Source: Synechococcus sp. (GTDB taxonomy: Bacteria; Cyanobacteriota; Cyanobacteriia; Thermostichales; PCC-7336). Taken from it: 36,080 bases of DNA. The DNA lies in assembly GCA_051439425.1 (NCBI GenBank), contig JBFRWD010000003.1:1-36080 (forward strand), read 5' to 3'. The translations under genes and the position numbers were made by a program. Positions 1 through 10,545 of the stretch are shown here, in pieces (position 1 is the stretch's first letter; the number at the start of each line of letters is the position of its first letter). The notes beneath the pieces were generated by a model, which saw only the letters and a list, made by a program, of their open reading frames with translations, searched no databases and was not told where the DNA came from.

Positions 1-291
1 CCATTACACTCTTGGATAAAGCCAATACAGCAGCCCGACCTGATAAAAACTCCATGCAGCATGATCGGCCATGTGTTGGGTGCAATTGATGGTGGAGAAC
101 GGCACTTTCCCACGACTAATTAGGTAAGCCACCTGATCGAAAATGCCGAGGTCGAATCCATTGGATTGAAACAGCAAGTGCCGCACGCTGCTACAGGCAA
201 ACAGGATGATGGTGCTTGCAGCAATAATTCCCCATACAGCCTTTGGCATCCGTTCTGGGGGATGGGGAATGGGGGACGGCTTATCCGCCAT
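1..291 (-). CDS. DUF2079-like membrane protein (putative GT-C fold), N-terminal part; TAA at 4-6 looks premature
   Basis: Hydrophobic N-terminus followed by FDLGIFDQ..YLIS.G and H..DHAAW motifs. The family is normally several hundred aa long. Confidence 0.6.
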
Positions 292-361
292 GAATGGTGA
301 CCTCCAGCGATTTCACCATCCTATAGCTAGGCTCGATTGGCTCGGACCAGTATGCGTGTAT

Positions 362-1753
362 CTAAGCTCGGGCCACTCCGGCAGAACGGGCAGCTTGCTG
401 AACGGCAAAGGCAACGGCAGTGGCTACGCGCTCGTCGAATGCAGACGGAATGATGTGGGTAGCCGAGCGCTCGGATTTGGGTACCAAACTGGCCACCGCT
501 TCGGCAGCCGCCAAAATCATCTCGGGCACGATCCCCGTAGCTCGACAGTCGATCGCTCCTCGGAAGACGCCAGGAAACGCCAGCACGTTATTGATTTGGT
601 TGGGATAATCACTGCGTCCAGTTGCCATCACCGCCACGATGTCTCGCACTAGCTCCGGTTGGATCTCGGGCACTGGGTTCGCCAAGGCAAAGACAATACA
701 GTCATCTGCCATACTCTTGACCATCTCTACCGAGAGAGCACCAGCAGAGCTGACGCCAATGAATACATCGGCCCCTTTAATGACATCGGCAAGAAAGCCA
801 GAGACATCAACAGCGATCGCCTGTTTCTGAGAGGTGAGATCGTCGCGATGGAGGCCGATGGCCCCCTGGCGATCGCAGGCCACAATCTGGGTTGCTCCCG
901 CCTGCTTCAGCAACTGAATAATCGCGACACCGGCAGCGCCAGCACCATTGAGCACAATGCTGACATCACTGAGGGATTTGCCGACAACTTTGAGGGCGTT
1001 AATCAGAGCTGCCAGCACCACAATCGCCGTACCGTGCTGGTCGTCGTGGAAGATAGGCATTTGCAAGCGCTCTTTCAGGCGCTGCTCGATTTCAAAACAT
1101 CGGGGAGCTGCAATATCTTCCAGATTGAAACCGCCAAATGCAGGCGCCAATCGCACAACGGTTTCAACAACTTCATCGGTGTCCTGCGTATCTAGACAAA
1201 TGGGGAAGGCATCGAGATGGGCAAATTTTTTGAACAGCATGGCTTTCCCTTCCATGACTGGCAAGGAAGCTTCCGGGCCGATGTTTCCTAGCCCCAAAAC
1301 GGCACTGCCATCCGTGACAATGCCGATAGTGTTGCCCTTGATGGTGAGGTCGTAGACCGAATCGGGCTTTTCGGCAATCTCGGTGCACACTCTACCGACG
1401 CCGGGGGTATAGGCCATCGCCAAATCAGAGGGCGAGTGAATCTCGATCTTGCCTTCGATGTGAATTTTGCCACCACGATGCAGGGTGAATGTGCGGTCGG
1501 CCACCTGCTCCACCACTGTCTCGGGTAGTTCCTTCACCGCTTCCACAATTAACTGGGCGTGGTCTTCACTGCTAGCGTCTACCACCACCTCTCGCACCGT
1601 ATAGCTGAGGGTCCGATCGAGCAATTCAATGTGACCCAAATTGCCACCTGCATCAGCGATCGCCTGGGTAACTTTGGCCAGCATGCCAGCACGGTTGGGT
1701 AATCGCAGTTGCATGGTGATGCTGAAACTGGAGGTGGGAGTGAGGTTTGTCAT
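362..1753 (-). CDS. NAD(P)-dependent malic enzyme with N-terminal ACT domain
   Basis: AYTPGV, VTDGSAVLGLGNIG, PVMEGKAMLFK, FHDDQHGT, GAGAAG and NQINNVLAFPG motifs; N-terminal PNRAGMLA (ACT). Confidence 0.95.
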   Translation of the reverse strand: MTNLTPTSSFSITMQLRLPNRAGMLAKVTQAIADAGGNLGHIELLDRTLSYTVREVVVDASSEDHAQLIVEAVKELPETVVEQVADRTFTLHRGGKIHIEGKIEIHSPSDLAMAYTPGVGRVCTEIAEKPDSVYDLTIKGNTIGIVTDGSAVLGLGNIGPEASLPVMEGKAMLFKKFAHLDAFPICLDTQDTDEVVETVVRLAPAFGGFNLEDIAAPRCFEIEQRLKERLQMPIFHDDQHGTAIVVLAALINALKVVGKSLSDVSIVLNGAGAAGVAIIQLLKQAGATQIVACDRQGAIGLHRDDLTSQKQAIAVDVSGFLADVIKGADVFIGVSSAGALSVEMVKSMADDCIVFALANPVPEIQPELVRDIVAVMATGRSDYPNQINNVLAFPGVFRGAIDCRATGIVPEMILAAAEAVASLVPKSERSATHIIPSAFDERVATAVAFAVQQAARSAGVARA

Positions 1754-1943
1754 GTATGGAAGGTGGAAATACTTTTGACTCCGACAACGTTGAGAGATGC
1801 AGCCGTCACCGAACGATGAAGGTCAGTCGCTTTTGGAGAGCAAATATGCCTTAGAGCCGAATGGTATGATACGCCATCCTCGCTACAGTTGGTGCCGCTC
1901 TCTCGGTTATGTAGACAGGCGATCGCTTATTAATGGAGCGGAG

Positions 1944-4900
1944 TTAGCTAGCTACACCTTCCAACTCCGCATCGGTGACGTCGTACAGGTCCCGCAACTG
2001 TTGCAGTCGCTCGTTACTGGGAGACCAGAAACCACGCCCGTGAGCTTCTAGCATGCGACCAACAATGTTGCGGAATGCCTCGGGGTTGGCGTCTCGGAGT
2101 TTATCAGCCATGTCGCGATCGAAGGCGTAGGTGTCGGCGGCTTGGTCGTACACCCAGTTCTCTCTAAAATCAGCCGTCCCGGCCCACCCCATGAGGGCGG
2201 TCATTCGCTGCGAAATTTCGTAGGCACCACCTGACCCCTGCTCGGCCATAGCATCCGCCCATTTGGGATTGAGCAATTTAGTGCGGTATTCCATACGCAA
2301 CACGTCGTCCAAATCGCGGGGGGTGGAATTGTTGGAAAAACTTTCCACAAAACTGGCGGTAACTTGTTTGCTCTGCTTCAATTCCGCTGCTTTCTTTAAT
2401 CCACCGGTGTTGGCGTAATACTCCTGAATATCTGTGAGGCCGTATTCTACCGAGTCAATTTGCTGCACAATTCGACCAGTGCTGGAGAGGAGCGTATTGA
2501 GCACTTCCGGTCGAGCCTGCCCTTTGTCGTCGCGCCCGTAGCTAAAGGAATTGCGACCTTTCCAGGTATCAGCCAGCTCTTCAGCCGATTCCCAGTTGGA
2601 ATCGACAACGCGATCGTTGATAAGCGAACCGAAGTCCCCAGCAGGATTGGAAAATAGACGGGCGGATGGATTCTCTATCCCTTGGGCTTTAAGTGTCTGT
2701 GCGTGTTTGCGAATGAAGTTGCGATCGGTGGGCTCATCGGCCTCCGCTGCCCGAACGAATAGATCGTCTAGTAACTCGATGATATTGACGAAGCTATCGC
2801 GGAAGATGCCGGACAAATTGCCCAGCACGTCAATGCGAGGGCGATCGAGTTCCTCCAAAGGTCTAAGACCGTAGCGCACGATCCGGCCGGTCCCCTCTTT
2901 AATAGGCTCTGCCCCCACTAGTTCCAGCAAGATACCGATGGATTCTCCTTTAGTTTTGATGGCATCCAAGCCCCACAGCATGACCGCTACGGTTTCGGGA
3001 TAGGTGCCGTTGTCCTCTAGGTGCTGAGCCAGAATCTGCTTGGCGATCGCTTTTCCACGCTCAAACGCCGCAGGTGAAGGCATCCGATAGGGGTCGAGAG
3101 CATGGACGTTGCGACCGGTGGGTAACACACCTGGCCCATCCCGCAACAAATCGCCCCCAGGAGCGGGAGGAATATATTCACCGTTCAGCCCTCGCAGTAG
3201 ATTGGTCATTTCGTCGGTGGTTTGGGCCAGGCGCTCGCGAATTTCAACCGCTTCATCCAACCGCTGAGTCGAAAGGTGCTCGCGGGCATCCGTTCCGTGC
3301 TCTCGCCGCAGTTCCTCTAGATAAAGAGATTCAACGGAAGTGCGCTTGCCACCCTGCGCAATTGCATTCAGAACAGGTTCCGGCAGGCGATCGCCGAAGT
3401 AGGCGGACAAGTAGCTAGCCAATTGCTCGGGATTGGGAGCATTGCCCAAGAGGTGCAGACCTGAGGAAAACAGGCGATTCTCCAACACCTGCAGGTATTC
3501 ATACAAAGCGATTAGGTAGGCATCAAAGGCATCCTTACCGAAGAGATTCACATGTTCGTACGAGAAGTCCATGCCCATTGTTTTCAGCTCTGGCATGGGA
3601 CAGTCGGCGTACAATCCCGAGTCAACTATCTTGGTGCAGATAGCTTCTTTGAGGGGGAAATTCTTTTCGGGAGCTTCGCGATATTCAGCAATCAGATCCC
3701 GCAGTGCCATCAGTTCTTTATACAGTCCGGCTCGGCCGTAGGGGGGAACGTTGTGAGAGATGAGGACTCCGTAGCCACGCCGCTTAGCAAGAATCGACTC
3801 CGAGGGATTGTTGGCGGCGTAGATATACAAATTTGGCAGGTTGCCTAGCAAAATATCGCTCCAGGAATAGCCCGTATTACCGAGTGGGGCACCAGGTAGC
3901 CATTCCACCGTGCCGTGCATACCAAAATGAACCACAGCATCTGCTTGATAGTCCTCTTGCAGCCATTTGTAGAAGGCGGCGTACTGCGGGTGCGGGGTCA
4001 TATCCCGTTCGAACATCAACCGCATCGGGTCACCAGAAATTCCCAGAGGCGGCTGCACGCCAATCCAAACATTGCCCAACTGGACGCCACCGAGAAGGAA
4101 GCGATCGCCAAATGTACGAATCCCGCTGCTTGTCAGTGAGTTCCACTGCTTCTCGATTCGTCGCCGCTGAATAGTGTTTAGCCAGCCGTCCAATTGCCGA
4201 ACACTTACGGTGGTGATGGGTTCGTCTTCCGGCTTGCCGTGCTGAGGCAACTGACCAACAAACAGCTCGTCTGCTTCCCGAACGAGATCGATCAGTTGTT
4301 CTCCAGTTTCGGGCAGCTCGCCGACGTCGTAGCCCTCTGCTTGTAGCCGCTTTAGAAATGCCAGCAGAGACTGAGGGACATTGAGCAGGGCGGCGGTACC
4401 GGTAGCACCGTAGCCGGGAGGAAAGCCGTAGAGGATGACAGCCAATTTGCGATCGCGTTCTTGCTTCCAACGCAAACCAATCCAGCGATTGACGCGATTG
4501 GTGAGACGATTAACGCGATCGGGCACTAAATAAATGTCGTCTCCGACCAAGCCCCCCAACGGAATCGGATCGATCGCTCCATCCAATTCCGGCAACGAGT
4601 ACAGAACCACCGACTGCAGACCACCGATACCCTGGCGGGTCCACGAATGAATGTCTTGAATCAGCAGCGGAGCCGACACAAAATACGGGACGTTTTTGGT
4701 ACTGAGAATGCGTTTGGCCACCTCCACTTGGCGACCGGCTTCCATCGAACCGGCAGGACCTCCCACGAGGGGGAAGCCAATAGTTGAGACAATCGCATCT
4801 ACAGTCGCTGCATCGGGTTTGAGGGATAGAGTTTTGACGTTGCCTGCTTCTCGCTGCTCGGTTTCGTAGGCAGTGGTCATCCAATCGCGAACCGCCACAT

Positions 4901-5729
4901 GCCCTTCAACACCGTTGATGAAGATGGGTAAGGGAATCAGATTTGCCGTCTGAAAGGCGCGGATGAGTTGAGGGATGTAGGGCTGGTGGGTGATGACGTG
5001 CTTGCGGTAAAGCAGAATGCCGACAACAGGGGCATTTTTAGTCTCTGGGAATGTCTGACGATGCCACTCTAGATAGGCTTTGGGGGATTCGAAATAGCCG
5101 TTGAAGTCGGGGTGAAGCAGTCCTAGATTGGGGGTTTCGACGGGAGGGGAGATCGCTCCCACTTCTACATCTAGATAGTTCTCGGCCAGGTATTGAAACA
5201 ACGAGACGACGTTTTCAGTGCCGCCAGCATTCCAGTAACCGTAAATGGTCAACCAGTTGCGCAGGTCACGTACTTTGCGACCGGGGACATATTTCAGCAG
5301 CTTGGGGCCAACTTTCAAAAAGCTAAGGTAGCCCGCCAGCTTGTCTTCTTCGCGGCTGTTGCCAAACTTGCTGAGAATGAATTTGACGGGTTTAGGCATC
5401 CCTTTGGGCTTCTCGCCGATCGCGAATTTCCCCAGTTGAGTCAGGGACATCAGCTCTAGAGCGGATTCGAAAATTAAACGAATGGGAATAGCACTAACTC
5501 GCTCCCGCAGCCACAACACTTGGTCGTAGTCGAATAGCAGGCTACCGAAAAAGGCGCTGGCACCATCCAGTTTGGCGGCGACTAAGTCGGGGTTGCTAGT
5601 GATGTCGCGATCGCTAAAGGCACACACTTCTAGCTCGGGGCACAGCTCCTGCACTTGGTCTGCCGCCTGCCGGTAAAGGCTGGCGTTGAAGGATTCGAAT
5701 CCGGCGATTAGAACAATGCGCATGGACAT
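1944..5729 (-). CDS. bchH: Magnesium chelatase subunit H, BchH-like paralog
   Basis: 1261 aa; HFGMHGTVEWLPG, YAANNPSES..AKRRG, LPTGRN.HALDP, LSGIFRD, TKLLNPKW motifs of the CobN/ChlH family. Confidence 0.9.
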   Translation of the reverse strand: MSMRIVLIAGFESFNASLYRQAADQVQELCPELEVCAFSDRDITSNPDLVAAKLDGASAFFGSLLFDYDQVLWLRERVSAIPIRLIFESALELMSLTQLGKFAIGEKPKGMPKPVKFILSKFGNSREEDKLAGYLSFLKVGPKLLKYVPGRKVRDLRNWLTIYGYWNAGGTENVVSLFQYLAENYLDVEVGAISPPVETPNLGLLHPDFNGYFESPKAYLEWHRQTFPETKNAPVVGILLYRKHVITHQPYIPQLIRAFQTANLIPLPIFINGVEGHVAVRDWMTTAYETEQREAGNVKTLSLKPDAATVDAIVSTIGFPLVGGPAGSMEAGRQVEVAKRILSTKNVPYFVSAPLLIQDIHSWTRQGIGGLQSVVLYSLPELDGAIDPIPLGGLVGDDIYLVPDRVNRLTNRVNRWIGLRWKQERDRKLAVILYGFPPGYGATGTAALLNVPQSLLAFLKRLQAEGYDVGELPETGEQLIDLVREADELFVGQLPQHGKPEDEPITTVSVRQLDGWLNTIQRRRIEKQWNSLTSSGIRTFGDRFLLGGVQLGNVWIGVQPPLGISGDPMRLMFERDMTPHPQYAAFYKWLQEDYQADAVVHFGMHGTVEWLPGAPLGNTGYSWSDILLGNLPNLYIYAANNPSESILAKRRGYGVLISHNVPPYGRAGLYKELMALRDLIAEYREAPEKNFPLKEAICTKIVDSGLYADCPMPELKTMGMDFSYEHVNLFGKDAFDAYLIALYEYLQVLENRLFSSGLHLLGNAPNPEQLASYLSAYFGDRLPEPVLNAIAQGGKRTSVESLYLEELRREHGTDAREHLSTQRLDEAVEIRERLAQTTDEMTNLLRGLNGEYIPPAPGGDLLRDGPGVLPTGRNVHALDPYRMPSPAAFERGKAIAKQILAQHLEDNGTYPETVAVMLWGLDAIKTKGESIGILLELVGAEPIKEGTGRIVRYGLRPLEELDRPRIDVLGNLSGIFRDSFVNIIELLDDLFVRAAEADEPTDRNFIRKHAQTLKAQGIENPSARLFSNPAGDFGSLINDRVVDSNWESAEELADTWKGRNSFSYGRDDKGQARPEVLNTLLSSTGRIVQQIDSVEYGLTDIQEYYANTGGLKKAAELKQSKQVTASFVESFSNNSTPRDLDDVLRMEYRTKLLNPKWADAMAEQGSGGAYEISQRMTALMGWAGTADFRENWVYDQAADTYAFDRDMADKLRDANPEAFRNIVGRMLEAHGRGFWSPSNERLQQLRDLYDVTDAELEGVAS

Positions 5730-5930
5730 ACAAGCAACGAGGAAGAAGTGTTCTTTCTTTCATCCTAATGAACTAAATCAAGGTAGGACGGTCATGCGAT
5801 TGCTTACTGGGCAATTGTTCGAGTACTTACTGACTGGTGCCATGGTGCTTTAAGGCTTTTGGGGCAATTAAGCGCAAGTTTAGTAGCTGCCATATCCTGA
5901 ACCTGTCAGCCTAGGTAGGAGCCACAACAC

Positions 5931-7310
5931 ATGCCAGGAAGGGGGGAAGACTCGCGCCGCAGCGAAATACGCCAAATGGTCCGAGAGCAGCTGAAATTAC
6001 TTCTTGCCGATGGCAATTTCAACGGTGCTAAGTCATTGCTGCAACCCGTGCAGTCTGTTGATGTGGCAGAGGCCATCGATGGTTTGCCTAAACCCATGCA
6101 GTTGGGAGCGTTTCGATTATTGGGCAAACAAGCAGCGATAGAAGTGTATGAATATCTGCCACTTCTAACGCAACAAGCGTTGATCGAACAATTTCGCGAT
6201 CTTGAAATATTGAACGTGGTAGACAGAATGTCTCCAGACGATCGAGCCCGTCTATTTGACGAATTGCCCCCGAGACTAGCTCGAAAAGCCATTGCTGGAC
6301 TGAGCACGGAGGAACGCCAAAGAACGGCTTTGCTACTGGGATATGGCCCGGAAACGGCTGGACGGCTCATGACTCCTGAGTATCTGGCTTTACCAGACTT
6401 ACTAACAGTGGAGCAAATTGCCAGCCGCGTCAGAGCTTATGCAGCAGAAAGTGAGGTTAGCTATTACGTCTATTTGCTCGACGAACAACGTCGTTTATCG
6501 GGAGTAGTATCCCTGCGGACACTTCTACTTGCGGAACCAGAAGCTCGCATTACAGATGTCATGGATCGGGATGTGGTGTTTGCCAACACAGACACCGATC
6601 GCGAAGAGGTTGCAATGCTGATTCAACGGTACGACTTGATTGCACTTCCAGTAACTGACGGCGATCGATCTCTGGTAGGGGTAGTTACTGTGGATGATGC
6701 CATTGATGTATTGCAAGCAGAAACGACCGAAGATATTTACACAATGGGTGCGGTTCAGTCTGAGGGAGAGAGCTATTTTCAAGCAAAATTATCGGCTGTT
6801 GCCCGTAAGCGTTTGCCGTGGCTATTTATTTTATTATTCACCAATGTTTTGACCATTTGGGTGATGCAGAATTTTGAAGATGTTCTTGATGAGGTTGTCG
6901 CTCTTGCCTTCTTCACCCCACTGTTAATCGACGCAGGAGGAAATGTGGGGGCGCAATCATCAACCGTTGTTATTCGAGGACTCAGCACGAACGAACTGGC
7001 GCATCGTAACCCCTTGGTAGTGGTTGTTCGCGAGTGTATCGCGGGGAGCGTACTGGGTCTACTGCTTGGGTTGGCTGTGATTGTATTGGTCGTGTTATTT
7101 GTCGGTCAGCTAGAAATTGGTCTAACAGTTGGAATCAGCCTGCTGTGTATCGCATCAATTGCAGCTACTACTGGTGCTGGACTACCTTTTTTGTTTGCAA
7201 ATCTGGGATTCGATCCTGCCCTGATGGCCTCTCCATTTATTACAACTGTTGTTGACATTTTAGGGATTGTTATTTATCTCAGTGTCGCAAAGACCCTGTT
7301 AGGACTTTAG
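5931..7310 (+). CDS. mgtE: Magnesium transporter MgtE
   Basis: MgtE-N domain, CBS pair (TAGRLMT, LVGVVTVDD), RLPWL, GGNVGAQ and DPAL..PFITTVVD transmembrane motifs. Confidence 0.95.
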   Translation: MPGRGEDSRRSEIRQMVREQLKLLLADGNFNGAKSLLQPVQSVDVAEAIDGLPKPMQLGAFRLLGKQAAIEVYEYLPLLTQQALIEQFRDLEILNVVDRMSPDDRARLFDELPPRLARKAIAGLSTEERQRTALLLGYGPETAGRLMTPEYLALPDLLTVEQIASRVRAYAAESEVSYYVYLLDEQRRLSGVVSLRTLLLAEPEARITDVMDRDVVFANTDTDREEVAMLIQRYDLIALPVTDGDRSLVGVVTVDDAIDVLQAETTEDIYTMGAVQSEGESYFQAKLSAVARKRLPWLFILLFTNVLTIWVMQNFEDVLDEVVALAFFTPLLIDAGGNVGAQSSTVVIRGLSTNELAHRNPLVVVVRECIAGSVLGLLLGLAVIVLVVLFVGQLEIGLTVGISLLCIASIAATTGAGLPFLFANLGFDPALMASPFITTVVDILGIVIYLSVAKTLLGL

Positions 7311-7448
7311 CGACATGTTGTCTTGATATAAAACTAGAACTCTATTTGAAACTTTTAAGCTGGGTATAGCATTCCGAATCCCATTGAGTCTGAATCATCA
7401 ATTGAATCACTAAAGCTTTACCAATCCAACAGAATACGAGTCAACTCC

Positions 7449-8746
7449 CTGGCTGACGGACGGAAGTGGTTGAAAGCCAGTCACTACGGTATTTAGAAGA
7501 AAAAGGCAAAGAGACATAGGAGGCTAGAGCTAACCCAGCCAAGCCTCACAAGCATGCCAAACTCTGCCCCCTCTTCAATCAACTTTTGAATCTTCTCCGT
7601 CAGTCCAGTCGCTACAAGGACTTACGCCATCTCAAAGCCCTAGCCTGTATGGTGAATGCCTTGATTTGTACGGGGCAACTGAATCTCCCAGCTTGGGAGC
7701 CCTATGTCAGCAGCCGTGCCCAACAAGCCTAAAGCTTCGAGTGTCGCTGGCATCGTTTTTTGTGCAACCCCTTAATTGACGTCAAAGCTCTTTATCTGCC
7801 ACTAGTCTTGCTGGCCTTGAAAGACTAGCAGTGCCAGCGTCTGTATTTAGCCTTGGACACCACAGTGTTATAGAACCGCTACTGCATGATTCACTTATCT
7901 GTGGTCTGTTGTGGTCGAGCCGTACCGCTATTGTGGCAGGTGCTCGACCACAAAAGTGCTGCGGTGGCTTTTCAGGAATATCGACCACTCTTGCGCCGAG
8001 CTCGATGGCTGTTGCGTCATCATCCCCATGTCATGCTCTTGGCAGACTGGGGCTTTGCCAACCATGATTTTCTCAGTTGGATACAAGCCAGCCGTTGGAA
8101 TTACTGTCTACGCTTGCCCTGTGATGTTCAGCTGCACGGCCCTCGCCCCTATCCCACAGCAATCAGGCAGTGCTGGCCCCCCTTAGGAGAAGCACTCTTC
8201 TTTGAGAATGTTGGTCTGTGGCAAGATGCTCGCCATCGCGGCAATCTCGTCTTAGCCAACGTCAAAGGTGTCACCGAGCCTTGGGCGGTCCTGACTGATG
8301 AGTCGCCTACCCTGCAGACACTCTGGCAATATGCTTTGAGGTTTCGGGTGGAGGAATTGTTTTTGGATAGCAAGTCGGGGGCGTTTGAGCTGGAGAAGAC
8401 TCGTATCCGCTCTGCCAAAGCTCTGGAACGGCTTTACTTAGTCGCTGCAGTGGCTCTGCTCTTCAGTACCTCTCATGGCATGGCCGTTCAGCGTCAAGAG
8501 TTACGCCGAAAAGTTGACCCTCACTGGCGACGGGGACTGAGCTATCTCAAAATTGGTCTGCGCTGGCTCAGAGGTGTTGGCCATAAAGGTCGCCAGCTTC
8601 TCGCTCCACTGCCCCTTCTACCTCAAGACCCACAGCCCTGCTTTGCTTCCCACAAGGCTGAGTGCGAACACTATGACCAGATTTGGTTTTCTGGCATTCG
8701 CTCTCTACGCTTTCAGACTTGAGATAGAGATATGTCAGGCAGGCAG
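7449..8746 (+). mobile_element. IS4-family insertion sequence (IS10-like), near full length (1298 bp), inactive
   Basis: Ends CTGGCTGAC... and ...GTCAGGCAGGCAG form imperfect terminal inverted repeats. Near-identical to 10546-11071. Contains a DDE transposase. Confidence 0.9.
7554..8722 (+). pseudogene. IS4-family DDE transposase pseudogene
   Basis: YREK signature YALRFRVEELFLDSK. One C missing near 7570 relative to copy 2 (frameshift). In-frame stops TAA 7730, TAG 7826 and TAG 7871. Confidence 0.9.
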
Positions 8747-8936
8747 GGCTGAGGCTGCTTCCTCCACACTCTTGCGCTTGAGCAACACCTTCCCTTCACG
8801 CTTGATGGGGTTTGCTCCCAGTCATCTGGGGGCATCTGACTTTGGGAAATAGACGGAGGCTTTTCTAAGCCTACTACACTACCAGGATTGGCTGCCGATG
8901 GTGAACAAAAAGGACAAGCAGGCCTGAACAATTTAC
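8747..8936 (-). mobile_element. Probable left-end remnant of an IS66 (ISBst12-like) element
   Basis: Minus strand begins GTAAATTGTTCAGG and encodes EKPPSISQSQMPPDDWEQTPSSVK, resembling cyanobacterial IS66 transposase N-termini. Cut by the IS4 end. Confidence 0.45.
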
Positions 8937-8951
8937 AGTATCCATGCTTAT

Positions 8952-10545
8952 CTAGCTAGCAATTTTTTCAATGACCACTTGATACCCCTTATGGATAATC
9001 TTAGTCTTATCTTTAAAGACTGTAAGAAAGGCGTCTATAGCCAGTTTGGGATGCAGAGTAGGATTATCCTTAAACTGAGGCCAATGATAATCATCAAAGA
9101 TAATTAGCCCATTTACTTTCACTAAACGCCAGCCTAAGATAGCATCTTCGAGAACATCTGGAGCCACATGAGAGCCATCAATATAAAGGAAGTCATAGGT
9201 GTTTAGAGGAAGTGTTCGCAAGACTTCTTGAGATGAACCAACAATTCTATTTACTTTATTTCTCGAACCTGTTGTGGTAATATTAAAATCAAATCTTGAT
9301 TCAACAGATTTAAGGTTCTGCTCATTTTGGCAAAGTGGTGATTCTGGATTCTGATGTTCAATACTTCCCTCAAATGTATCTATGCAGGTAATTTCTGCTG
9401 ATTCGTGTGTCAAGATATTATCGATTAGCCAACAAGTCGATCTTCCTTCCCAGCTCCCTATTTCTAAAAAATGAAGGTTAGGTGAATTTTCTAACTTTTT
9501 GAAAATTTGCTGCCAAATGGGGATATTAATACTGAACTAATCTTCCGCAAATTGATAACCTTTGTCTTGACAAGCGTTCCTATATTTCTTTTTCCGCAAG
9601 TACAGTAACTTTTCTTGCTCAATTTTATGGGCTTGACTCAACAATTTTAGATCTATATGTGATGTCTCCTTATATTCACCTGGCGGCAATTGAAATTTAG
9701 TCAATTGCTTATCAAAAGCATTGTTAGGATACCTAATATATTCCACCGTTTCTAAGTTTACATGAGCTACATTAAAAAGATTTTTCAAGAAAGTATTGTA
9801 GGCACAATCTTCTGTTTTAGTTTTTTGGTGGATTGCATCGTCAAGGAATCCTTCAATAAATTGATGGCATTTTCTCCTCACACATAAATTTAGAGGAATA
9901 CTATTTTCGATAGCCTTCTTCCAATAGGGATGGATTTCCTCTTTAGTTTTGACTCCCGTATTAACTGCATCAATCTGTTCTTCAGGCAAGTTGATTGTCA
10001 GGTTATAGTTATTGCTGACAAGTTTGAAAGACTCTCTCTCTTCAGCTTTGCCTTGTAAAATCATAAAGCAAAGATATATATGCTCTGCCAAGAAGAGATC
10101 GTCACCGTCACAGAAAAATAAAATGTCACCATGAGAGTTTTTGACACCTGTATTTCTAGCTGCTGCTGCACCACGATTGTTAGGATGACCCACAATTCTA
10201 ATAGATGGGTCTAGTCTGGCTAACTCTGTTACAACGGATAAAGTGTTATCAGAGGAAGCATCATTAACGATTATGATTTCAGAGCCTATTTCCTGTGAGC
10301 GCAAAAAGCTTTTTTTGAAGAAATCAATGCTCTCGCAAATACTATATAGAGTTTTTTTGATTACTTTTTCGCAATTGTATACTGGAATAATAACCGACAA
10401 AGATCTAATATTTAAGTCTGGCTTTAGAAGCTTTTCCTCATTTGCTTCAATCATTTCAACTCCCTCAGTCTTAATAAGTGTCGTCAGTGGTGAGTCTGAA
10501 TTAACCTCCTCTACAGGAAAAATCGGTGATTCTCCCTCCAGGGCA
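8952..10545 (-). pseudogene. GT2 glycosyltransferase fused to a class I SAM methyltransferase (Methyltransf_24-like); 5'-truncated by the IS, internal TAG at 9537-9539
   Basis: SVIIPVYN, VNDASSD, GAAAARNTG and FCDGDD (GT2). The frame continues YQFAED*FSINIPIW..FLEIGSWEGRST..YIDGSH..IIFDDY. AT-rich. Confidence 0.85.

Noticed and set aside
1944..5729. Cobaltochelatase CobN
   Set aside because: YAANNPSE and TKLLNPKW are Mg-chelatase-type signatures.
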